NCBI GenBank assembly: GCA_001642005.1
Contig: LWCA01000323.1
Coordinates: 1-32,323, forward strand
Length of the DNA stretch: 32,323 nt
Source of the DNA: Intoshia linei
Lineage: Eukaryota > Animalia > Orthonectida
Reading direction: 5' to 3'
Position numbers and translations under genes: made by a program. How positions within the stretch are numbered: position 1 is the first letter of the stretch; every line of letters begins with the position of its first letter. The notes beneath the pieces were generated by a model. It was given only the letters and a program-made list of their open reading frames with translations. It did not search any database and was not told where the DNA came from. Below, piece after piece: positions 11,801-22,900 of this stretch.

Positions 11801-13673
11801 TGTTTCTCAATTTTTTAAAGAATCGATTTATAGAACTAATAATTATCTTAAAAAAATTGTGATACTTTTGTATTATTTTAGCTATGAAATTTAAGTAAAG
11901 TACTTTAACATTTATATAAAATGACGAAGAATAATTTTTGACATTAAAAAAATTATTAGATTATGTATTTTGTGAAATAAAATAGAAACATTGTTCCAAG
12001 GGGGCGATTCGCCCACCGTTGAGAATCTCTGTTTAAACCAACCTAAATTGCAAACAAATATGATAATTTTTAGTTTTTTATTTGTAATTTGCGACCTTTG
12101 ATGGACAATGTCCATTGGAAATATTCCTGGTCACATGACATACTATTTTCCATTTTAAATTTCATACAGACATGGCACTTTGCTTAAAAGGCTAAAATTG
12201 CGGTTTCGTAAAATGTATTAAAAAAGTCTCAATCTTAAATATAATATTTTTTCTATTTTAGATATATATTAAATGAAAATTAATTAATTAATACAATAAG
12301 TGGAATATACGTTTTTGTGAGTTTTAATTGCCAAAAGATATCTACTTTGTAGAATATTAACGCAATTAATAATATTACAATATTAAGAGTCAAATGTAAA
12401 GATATAATATTGTATTTTTAATTAGGGTACATATGCAATTGTATATAAAGGGTATAGTCGCGTAACAAATACAATAGTCGCAATTAAAGACATACACTTG
12501 CAACCTGATGAAGGCTTACCTTGTACTGCAATCCGAGAAGCATCATTGCTACGAGGATTAAAACACATAAATATATTGTCATTGCACGACATATGTTATA
12601 CAAATACTCACCTTTCCCTCATCTTTGAATACATGGTACAATTAATTTTGAATAAAATTTAATCAATTCTAGAACACCGACCTTCGAAAGTACATTGACA
12701 TGACTAACAATAATGTTGGATTAAAAAATACCAAGGTATATAATAATAAATATTTTATAATAAAAAAATAAATAATAATGTAGATACTCTTGTACCAAAT
12801 TTTAAGAGGTTTGGATTATGTCCATCGCAGAAATGTATTACACCGAGATTTGAAACCACAAAATTTACTATTGGACACTCGTGGTGAATTAAAAATTGGA
12901 GATTTTGGATTAGCTCGATCACGATGTTTACCGGTTGATACCTTTACTAATGAAGTCGTAACTCTTTGGTACAGACCTCCAGATGTAATTATGGGGTCAA
13001 CTAATTATACGTCTTCCATAGACATGTGGTATTAAACTATTTTACATTTATTTACAAGTTATTAGGGGCGTCGGATGTATATTTTATGAAATGTACACTG
13101 GAGAAACTTTGTTTAATGGTCTCACACCGTCTGAACAGCTTCATCAGATTATGATTACAGGTATTGATTTATTGGCCATCAAAACTTAATTTAAATTCAT
13201 GTCTAGTTGGGCCAGAAATGTTGGACACTGAATCACCGAGTTTTGGTTCCACCTCACAAAAATCTTTAAAGGTGGAAAATCAAATGTGTATAGACAAATC
13301 GTATAGTTCATTGACGTTCCATTATGACAACCCCATCAAAAGGTACTTGGTCTTTAAATTCAATCTCAATTTTTTAGTATTGGCGTAGAAGGATATGATT
13401 TGTTGGAAAAACTATTACAGGTACAATAAAGAAGATTTTTACATTTAATGCTTTTTCTAGCTTAATGCAAAGTACCGAATTGCTGCCTGCGATGCCATAC
13501 GACATCCGTTTTTTACTTTCGCAAACGTTTGCCATTCTTTGCCAGACAGTAATTAAATTTAACTTGTATATAATAACTTAAAAATAGGTGTATCTCTATT
13601 TATTGTACCTGGAATAACTATGGAAGACCGATCAACCAAATCCTCAAAATCAAATTTTTACATAAAAAAATGA
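8832..13673 (+). CDS. PCTAIRE-motif cyclin-dependent kinase (CDK16/17/18 family), about 424 aa, 12 exons
   Basis: Exons 8832-8952, 9232-9284, 9324-9401, 9477-9533, 12426-12635, 12673-12735, 12784-13028, 13066-13160, 13207-13342, 13378-13420, 13461-13548 and 13588-13673 all join in phase. Motifs [82 protein letters not shown]. Confidence 0.93.
10191..10303 (-). mobile_element. Repeat family B with a Helitron-like 3' end, copy 1
   Basis: On the minus strand a hairpin (CTGTTTGTAC..GTACATAACAG) lies a few nt before a terminal CTAG followed by T. About 110 nt are closely similar to 11119-11231. Confidence 0.55.
11119..11460 (-). mobile_element. Repeat family B with a Helitron-like 3' end, copy 2, with internal tandem duplications
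   Basis: Same hairpin plus CTAG|T end. Three copies of GAAAATCTAAYTTAAAAATCC(T)ACTATTCACTATTATC (about 11207, 11302, 11371), two of them followed by AGTGGTTCCCAAA. Confidence 0.55.
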
Positions 13674-13699
13674 CACTAGATGGATTAAACTATTCTGTA

Positions 13700-13715
13700 A
13701 ATAAATATATTTATT
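13700..13715. terminator. Palindromic double polyadenylation signal between convergent genes
   Basis: AATAAATATATTTATT is its own reverse complement, giving AATAAA on + (13700-13705) and on - (13715-13710), inside the 97-nt gap between the two stop codons. Confidence 0.55.
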
Positions 13716-13770
13716 GCATTTTAAATTTACATAAACAAAATTAACTAATCAATCGTGTAAATGGAGAAGT

Positions 13771-16700
13771 TCAACCTGTCTGATTTTGAGATTTAGACTT
13801 TGACGTATTTGAAATTACACATATAGTATGTAGGTTTTTAATATAGTGGTACCCAACAGTTTTACAATAAGGGCATTTACAACTTTTTGAAAAATCGCCA
13901 AACGACATTTGATTTAATTCATTAGTATTTACCAAAACCTTGTTGCAATTATTACAACACATTCGTTTCTTACAACATGGATAGCAGTTGAATACGTCGT
14001 ATGAGTACATTGTTCCGCACAGCAAATTCTTTGGAATTACACTCTTTCCACAAAATTTACAGGTTACCTTGTTTGGAGTGCACATGCAATTGATACAGAC
14101 CGCAACCATGTTGTAGTCACGACTAGGCAAATTTTTTGTACCGTAATTGACTTTTAAATCGTATTTTTCGTAATATTGCATAGGTGAAAGAAAGATCATA
14201 CCATCTAGCAATGGGTAGCTAAATAAAAAAATGTATACAAAATCAGAAAGTCAACAATGCCAACATTATAGTTGAAACGAGAAATCTATCCGATACAATG
14301 ACACACACATGATAAGATAAAACTTATTATTTGCGTTACCATTGTTATATTTTGAAATTCCCAATTTCTTTAATTGTTACAAGTAAATGATAAAAAGGCC
14401 ACTCTGACGGGTTAGAGATAGTGATTTTCCGGGAAATGACAAAAGTCGAGAATCGAGAAATTAAAAATTAAATTTCCCGGGAAAAATAAAAAATTTTTAT
14501 TCATATATAATAAAAAAGCATTAAAAATTTTAGAGACTTTAATTAATTTTAAAAACAAAAAAAAATTTTTTTATTTTAGATTGTTGAAAGTGTTTCAAAA
14601 CACACATAATATTAATAGATTCGTCTTATACGAACGCGTATAGAATACGAATGTAGAACGCGTTCTACGTTTTATAACGAAATTAGAAGCAGTAGAGAAA
14701 TTTCTTCCATTTTGTGTTGACGTAGGTTGAACGGTCATAAGGGCTTCCTTTAATTTTAACAATGTTGATGATAATGTTCCAGTTCGTAACAACTCATAAT
14801 ATTTTTCAAAATAATATTGAAAAAAGTGGATAATTCCCTATAGCGTTAGTAATTTGTGGTTGGAATAAGAGGTTTTTAAAAAAAGTATTGGAAAAAGGAT
14901 ATTTTTCCATTAAGGGCTGGAAAATTAAATTTTTTATTTGTGGTTTGATGGAGTGGATAATTTTCATAAGATTTCGTAAAATCGTATTTTTGAAAAGAAT
15001 ATCGGTGTAAGACAATTTTTCCATGACGGCTTGCAATGGTATTTTTGATTAAATTTTATTAGTGGTGGGATTTTTGAAATGGTAAATTTTAAATGTTATA
15101 ATATAATCATCTTTTCATAGTAATAACAAACATAAATCAAAAACAACTATGTCTCAATTTTTTTCGAGAAATCCCGGTAAATTATTAAATATCCCGGGAA
15201 TTTTGTCCCGGCATAATCACTAGTTAGATACTATTCACATAATGAGGAAATTTGAGGAATCGCAAGTGTATGCCAGTGGCGGATCTAGGATTTTCAGCCA
15301 GGGGGAAATAATTATTACGGGACCAAACTCATATAATGTATTTAAATGTGAATTTTTATATCATATTTATTAATATATTTCTTAATCATAATAATTTATA
15401 CTTTTTTCCAGTTTGTATTATGCTAAATTTTTCAACAACTGCATCAAAATCGACATTTTCTGCAAGTTATATTTCATTATCAATAACGTTAACTTGGATA
15501 ATTTTTTAACTTAAACTGCTGTTAAACTCTAATAACAATTAATATACATAAAATATAAACAATAATAACAAGCATAATTCAATAAAAGCAATTTAGTTTA
15601 CATTGTTAATGTGTCCTATCATTTTTTTTAATTTTACACAATTTTATACAAATTCAAATATTTTAGAGGCACATTGGTCATAAAATTGTTAGGGGCGGCA
15701 GCCCCTTGCACAGCACCTAGATCCACTACTGCTGAATGCGTAGAACCATCAAAGGACACGCAATAAATTACATTAACAGGATAATTTAAATTGGAAATGT
15801 AAGTTACATTTTAAAAATACATGTCACATGATAAAGATTAGTAACATTCAAGTCAATTAACAGAGTTTAATTGAAAGGTGTAAATTCTCTAGATTACCAA
15901 TTTTAAATGTACATAACATTGCTTTACATTTTATGTTGGCAGAATTATACAATTTATCTGAATAAAATCAATAAAAATAGTTAACATTCCAAATCAAATA
16001 ACAATATCAAAAATAAAAAAATATATTTTTGGTTTGTTTCCAGATAACTCCAATTTTAAAATAATTACAACTGTAATTCCAAATTAACAAAAAAATAACC
16101 CTTAAATAATATTTCATACGTTAAATGGGTGAGTTTTTTCAATTTCTACTTAATTTTTTAGCTCCATTTTGGAACATTTACATACTTTAGATTTAAAAAA
16201 TTAAAATTTAATCAATTAAGGTTACATTTAAGCACAAAAAATGTAAATATAAAGTTAAAATCAGATATAATTCTGCATCAAGATAAATTGAAAAATAATT
16301 AAATTAGTATCTATTGGAATGTTTGCTTTTTTATACAATAAAAATTTAAAATTCAAAATTCAAAATAAGAGTTGGAATCTGCTTCATATAGCATGACTGA
16401 ACAAAAAAGTAAAATAAATTACAACAGACCACAATTAATTTATAATCATTCTTTGAGTGGCATGTTCAATTTTATAGTTTAAAAAATCACGAAAACGTTC
16501 GCCAAGTTAGATCAATATAGTATTTGTAAAAAGTAATAATTTTAATTATTTTAAAAGGAATACAAGCGAGATGAAAAATTTTACAAAATATAAAATAATC
16601 CTAAAAATTATTTTAATTTTCAAAACGTCAAATGAAAATAGCGCCTTTACCAATCAAAAAGGAAAAATACCAATTTTGTTACTTAAAAATGAAGAACTAC

Positions 16701-18685
16701 AAACGTATAAATTGAGCAATCCAAAAGAAAATGTTAATTTTACCCTCCATGATTGCAGTATTTCTTAAAACTATTTGACGGACGTCAAATAATAATAAAA
16801 TAAGCTAACAGATCTTTGTTTCGCAATAACATTTTTTGATTTTTAAAAAAAATTTATTATAATTTTACCAAACTCAGAAGAACAAAATTAAATTAAACTA
16901 GTTATAGTGCGCTGAAAAAATATATAAAAAATTGTGTTGAAATTTGAAATTATTTTTTCAAAAAACCACCCCTGATAACCAAAATTTAAAACAAGACACC
17001 ATAAAAACAATAACAACATAGATAATCACAGTATTTACACAATTTCATCTACTTGGTGGATAACAGAATGGATCTAAAATTAAAATAATTTATAACACAT
17101 TTGTGGGGCCATAAGTCCTTTATGGTCATTATTTGAGTGGAAATTTGAATTTTAGAGTTTAAACATTTACGAAAACGTACCCAAATTAGAGCAAGATAAA
17201 ATGGGGTCCGAAAATGTGGGTTATTTTTAAACATCATAACGAGCCCCATACAATTTTACAAAATTTAAAAAAGTTAGAATTTTTCAAACTTGAACTTTCG
17301 GTGACATGTCCTGCCCCATATCTATAACACTGCATTATAATTCATGATATAACTGAATAAATAAATAGAAATTGTACCTGTCATAGATATCCAAAAACTT
17401 GGTGCATACCACGCAGATCAAACTGGTAACACGTTTGATACTAAGATTAGACAAAACAAAGGTACGGATTTCGTCATTACCATGCGGTCCTTCGTCGTAA
17501 ATTTTAATATTAAAAGAATTTTGTTTGCCAATGGGAGCAACCTTAAATGCAGAAATGTCCCTCCTCTTTTTAAAAATATTCCCACATTGAGCTTGTTTAG
17601 TCGTAAGTTGAAACTTAAACTCCCCATACCCACTTCTATAATTATTAGATTTTTGATGCTTGACAAAATATTTTGTTCTATGAGAAGGGTTACGCAGTGT
17701 ACTTTGAGTATCTTCAATTGTTGCAGAGTCCTTTTGATTACTACAATCATTAAAATCAGACTGAGTCGGAAAACTATAACTAAGATGCTTAGAATTTCTA
17801 GGCGAGTATTGACTATTGTTTGAAGCTATATCCCACGCTTGACCATTCCTAAATTGTTTCATACATTCATTTTGACAACTCTTGTCACGCCTAACAATAT
17901 GCATATTGTATAAATTATGTGAAATGTCTAAAAAAGCAGGATTTGAATTTCTGGTCCCAAGCAAATTATCAGGCATTGATTGCAAATTTTGACTATTATT
18001 CATATAACCGCTGTCACGACTCGCAATATTTTTCCAAATTTGGTCAGAATTGCTTTTTTGAGATTGCAAACTATTGGACAAAATCGTTGATGTAGCATAC
18101 TGATCATTGTACCAAGCATCTGAAAGATCAGATGTAGAATTTTGACGCAAAGAGTTGATTTGACTTGACAATGGCCGCGTTGTATCAGTCTCAACAGAAT
18201 CAAACGACACGCGATTTTTTAGGGATAAGTTGGTATAAAACGAATTATTCCCAATCATTTTTCGGGATTCAACGTCAGAATTTTCTTCCATGGGTAGATT
18301 GAAATTAGATTTTGATAATAGTGTTTCATCGTACGCTAAACGATTTGATAGATTCTAAATTTGAAATATTAATCATTAAACTGATGTTTAATTAAATGAA
18401 TTAAATAAACAAACATTTATATTTGAATATTTTTTATTTTCCGTCAAATCATTTCTACTTGGAAACCCGTTTGATAAATCGCTATAGATTGTCTTTTTTG
18501 TTTGCTAAATATGGATTAGATAAATTCACTTGTTTTATCACAATTTTATTTACATAGTTTGATGGCAAGACTTCCGAGTTTCTTCGTAATCTTTGATTTC
18601 CTATAATAAAATTTAGTCAATATAATAATCAATATTCGTTACCTGGTCCAGGTGATAGCGAGTTTGACCAATTGTTGAAATCCAT
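13771..18685 (-). CDS. HECA: Headcase-family protein (HECA/hdc), about 534 aa, 5 exons
   Basis: Exons 18685-18643, 18600-18554, 18504-18415, 18354-17378 and 14218-13771 join in frame. Headcase conserved domain: GNIFKKRRD..NSFNIKIYDEGPHGNDEIRTFVLSNL..CVVC..YPLLDGMIFLSP..AVCINCM..GTMYSYDVFNCYPCC..CPYC..HYIK. Confidence 0.88.
14419..15222 (-). mobile_element. Deleted hAT element (TAG-type TIR) in the Headcase intron
   Basis: TIRs TAGTGATT..CCGGGA at both ends. 8-bp TSD GTTAGAGA / GTTAGATA. Subterminal CCCGGGAA repeats. hAT dimerization-domain remnant LKEALMTVQPTSTQNGRNFSTASNFVIKRRTR (ORF 14595-14792). Confidence 0.85.
15274..15731 (-). mobile_element. Deleted hAT element (Tip100/ZMYM1-like)
   Basis: TIRs CAGTGGCGGATCTAGG / CAGTAGTGGATCTAGG. 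Degenerate TSD GTGTATGC / CTGAATGC (6/8). Minus-strand remnant LAENVDFDAVVEKFS resembles a Tip100-type transposase C-terminus. Confidence 0.75.
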
Positions 18686-19186
18686 GTTGGTTATTAATCA
18701 GGTTAATTATAAAATAACACCACAAAGAATTGTAAAAATTAAAACGGTATTTTATAAGATTAAACTTAAATCATAGTACATAATAAAGTTTACCATTTAA
18801 TAAAATCAACAAGGTACATGGATTTTAAATTGGAAAAGTTATTAAAATTTTTAAAATGCGCAGAATCAACTATGTATCCATGGCTACTGTTTACACAAAC
18901 TAAATTAGTAAATTTTGAACCAACTAATCTAATATGTATATTTAAATATGGCACAATGAAAAGAATGTTATTATTGAAGTAGTAAATGATAATTTAAGAT
19001 GCAATTTACAATTTGAGAAAAATTAGATTTGGATCAATTTTAGCTAAGATGATGAGTAGTAATTATGATAAACAGGCTAATAGGCATACATTTTTCATTG
19101 CTAATCAAAATATCAATATTATGCTAAGAATCCCCATTTGCAATGTATAAACCCCAGATACCACTAATGACATATTCAGTACTGAG

Positions 19187-19851
19187 TATGGAGTTTTGAT
19201 TATCCGAAAATTTGAAAAACCGGTCATCGAATAATTTCGGTTATTTGAACAACGATTATCCGATTAATCGGAATTTAAAATTTTTAACATAAAAACCAAT
19301 AATTCTCATTTATATAATATGCTACGCGATGTTTATTTGTGTGTGTGTGTTCTACTTTATTGAAATAACTACCAGTCTTAGAATTTTATAATAATATTCC
19401 ACATTTCAATTACAGTTTTTTCCGGGGCATATAATAAAATAAATTTCAACCTCTCAAACTCACATCTTACGGGTCAAAAACCCAATTGTCCTTTTTGAAA
19501 ATCAAACCAGTTGGAGAATTAAAAAATATATATGCTGATACGGATTTTAAAATCATAAACATTATTATAAATTTAAATTTAACAAAATTATATCTTCAGA
19601 GCCAAAACCACAAATTATCCTTTTTTTTTTAATGAAAACATCCCTATAATTTCAAAAAATTTACCAGTTTTACAGTTGTATCCTGTTAACACACACAAAA
19701 AATTTTAATCCGAATAAGTGATGACTTTACTGTCAAAAAAGCATTTTAGTATTCATATATAAATTTTTGAAAATCCGATTATTTTTCTTCATTAAAAATA
19801 ATTATTGTAAGCGACTAACCGGGTTTTCGATTAATCGGATATCATTCCCTA
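19187..19851. mobile_element. hAT-type MITE containing a family A repeat
   Basis: Perfect 8-bp TSD GTACTGAG (19179-19186, 19852-19859). Right TIR TAGGGAATGATATCCGATTAATCG with a degenerate left end. CGATTAATCG subterminal motifs on both sides. Confidence 0.7.
19320..19700 (+). repeat. Dispersed repeat family A, copy 3 (nested in the hAT MITE)
   Basis: (GT)n head at about 19338-19350, with core and 3' end similar to 3565-3920. Confidence 0.6.
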
Positions 19852-19950
19852 GTACTGAGTACATGTATTATGAAAATTTATTTAACAATGTATCACTACA
19901 ATGTATTGAAATATAAAAATAAACAAAGTATATATAAATATATTGGATGT

Positions 19951-22900
19951 TTATCTTCGTTTCCTATAAAAATAGTTAAAAATGTAAATTGATTAAAAAA
20001 ATACCAGGTATATTTACGACGAGCTCCTTCCTGTCCAGGTTTTTTTCTTTCTCGCATTCGAGGGTCTCTTGTTAATAGACCAGCTACAGTTAAGATTAAA
20101 TTAATGACTCATGTTACATAATTAGTAAATTAGTATATGTGTATTTACACTTTTTAATTAAAAAAATAAAGGTTAAATTTGTATTTAAAAATTAATCTCG
20201 TATCAAAGAGTGCTAAATTTAGATTAAATTAATCTTTAATCCAATAATGATAATGATCATGTCATTTTTATCACATTCAGTTTTACAATGAAACAATTTA
20301 CAAAATTAAGTTATCAAAGTGAAAGCTAATAAGTTTTGCATGTTAGCATATAACTCCCAGCTAGGGCCGTGGACATGGGCTAGGTGGGCATATGGCCCGG
20401 TAAATTTTATGTATGTTAACCTCACAAAAAGAGAGATAAAAAAACTTTTACCCTGGTAAACTTATATTCATTCTTAACGAAGGTTTAAAATTTAAATTCA
20501 TTATGGGGATATGAGCCTTCAAAATTTCTTTATCCACTGATGTATTCTAAAATATCAAAAATATTACTAGTTTTCCAACATCCTACATGGTTGAAAGTGG
20601 ATTCAGTTCTTTAAACAAAATATTCAGTAAAGATAGAAACAAAATTAATGGATGTCAAAGAAGAGATATTATTATCAAATTAACAAGAATAAAACCAATA
20701 ATTTAAATATCACATTTTTAATAAATTTTTATAGGGCCTACTCAGAGCCGTATTAAGCCATTTCGTGGCTCTGGGCTAAGCAAAGGGCCGGAGACCTCTT
20801 AAAGTTTTGAGCGAAGCGATAAAAAAATTTTAGTGCCCCTTTTTAGAAGACAAGGCATACTGTTGCTTAGACCCTTAAAGTATTATTTTATTGAGTATTA
20901 ATAAAACATTAAAAGATATTATGTAGGTTTCTAGTAACTTATTTTTTTTTACAAAAACTTTAAAGTACTTTCTTTCTAACTATTCGAATTTCCACACTTC
21001 AAAACTTATAAACTGTTTCTTAAGATATAAATGTGAAGTATTTTTTAATAAATTGGGGCCTTCTTTTTAAGATATTTTTTATGTATATATGTGAAGTACT
21101 TTTATTAATTTGGTGGCCTTTTTTAATGAGTGGCCCTGGGCTACAGCTCATATTGTTCATGCCTTAAAACGGCTCTGGGCCTACTGCTAGCTCTCCACGG
21201 CCCTAGGTACAGCATACTCTCTTTGGATATTACGATTATTCCAAATAAATTTTTTAATTGAAATTTAAAATAAAGTATTTGTACCCAATTTCATCTTTAA
21301 TTGAGTTTCACTGTCTGAAACAGCTGCAATGGCTCGGGATAATGCTAATCGAATAGAACCCATTTCTGATGGTAAATCGGTTTCACTTACAGTGACATCA
21401 AAATCACAAGTTCCTATTCTATTTGTCATTTGCAATGGAAGCAATAATTGATTTCTAAATAAATTTAATAATTAAAATATTTAATAACCCCAATTTAAAG
21501 TCTAAATTCTCAATATGGTTCACGCTACTAAAAAAATAAAAAACTAGTGATTAGATTATTTTAATATAAAAAATTGTATAGAAGTATATTCAGCGTAACA
21601 ATACACCCGGTATAAATACCATCCATATAAACGGAATGTTAATTAATCGGAATCGTACATTTTCATAGACCAACTGTATACACTATATCAGGGTGAAAAA
21701 CAGGCGGTCTTACGGCCACATGCGGCAATTCATGTGATCATACTGCTATATATACTTTTACTTCAAATTTAAGGGAAATATTTTTAGCACATAGTTACAT
21801 TTTTGACTTTTCCGCGTTTCTCAAAAGGGTTTCTCAAACTCTCTCAATGTTAAATTAAATTTTGTCGACCGTAGTATCAATTAGTAAAGTAGCTTTGTGG
21901 CTGAATTGGTGGAAAGGTTGTGCACTCCTGCACCTGCACCTTTGACACTGAAGAATTCCATATCTGAAAATGAAACTTGCATTAAAACATCAATATTGAA
22001 AAAAAAGTATTAGAAACAGTAGTAACAGAAGGTTTTTTAATCCTAGCAATGTAAATTTTTTAAGTACACACAGAAACATTCAATTTTATGCAACTAAAGG
22101 ACTAAAACTCTTTTCATTTAAAAAAGGATCATTCGGATTTTGATCATGAAGATAACGTTTCTAATATTGAGATTTACGATAATATTAATGATTTTAAGTT
22201 AAAAATTGTCCAAGAATTATTTTTAATTCTAAGACTCATTTTATTTTTAAACAAAAACAAAGGGTAGTATGGTTTTTCAGGATATAAAATTAGCTATAAA
22301 ACTATAAAATCTCACAAATTACAAAATGTCTTTTTAAATCTAGGAGTCTTAATTTTATAAGTAAACAGTAATACAAAAAATTATGCAAAAATGTAATAAT
22401 TTTTAGTAAAAAAATAATCTATATTATTCCAGACAGCGAAAATTATTATATGGCTCTATAGGCCCACAATGTGGGCCCTACATAGCCACATTAAGAAAAT
22501 TAGATTAATAATTAATTTGGTAGTACCATAGGTAAAACCGATTCACATAAAATAAAAAATACCTCAAGGGAATAGATTTGACAAACAGCCACATACTTTT
22601 TCCATTGATAGTAATCTTCCCAGTTCCTTCAGGATAAAACTTTAAAGTACATTTACATGTTTTTCGTGCTCCTGTAGATTTAAAATCATAAAATATTTAC
22701 ATTTACAATTGCAAATACAATGTGTAGTACAATATAAAATAAACCTTGAGCTATAACGAACTGACGTTGTGTTTTTTCTTCAATTTGAACCTAAAATATG
22801 AAATATTGCATCGAATTTCAAAAACGTCTAATCTAAAAGTATGAACTGACCTGTGGTAACCACAAAGCAGAATCAAAGGTTTTTTTTTCAATTCTATATT

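Noticed and set aside
13740-13773. Stop-codon readthrough as in Drosophila headcase
   Set aside because: Another in-frame stop follows within about ten codons, no hairpin is evident, and the convergent CDK gene leaves no room.
10699-16768. Short ORFs 10699-10911, 11912-12115, 14806-15036 and 16571-16768 as nested genes
   Set aside because: They lie in repeat-derived intron DNA, have I/K/F/N-rich composition typical of chance AT-rich ORFs, and show no domains.
17418-18203. Overlapping ORFs 17418-17750, 17482-17823 and 18000-18203
   Set aside because: Alternative-frame or antisense shadows of the large Headcase exon with no recognisable motifs.
21366-21390. Cryptic 25-nt intron (GTAAGT...CAG) in MRPS9 explaining the odd loop
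   Set aside because: Removing it shifts the frame, and the unspliced exon is exactly colinear with homologues.
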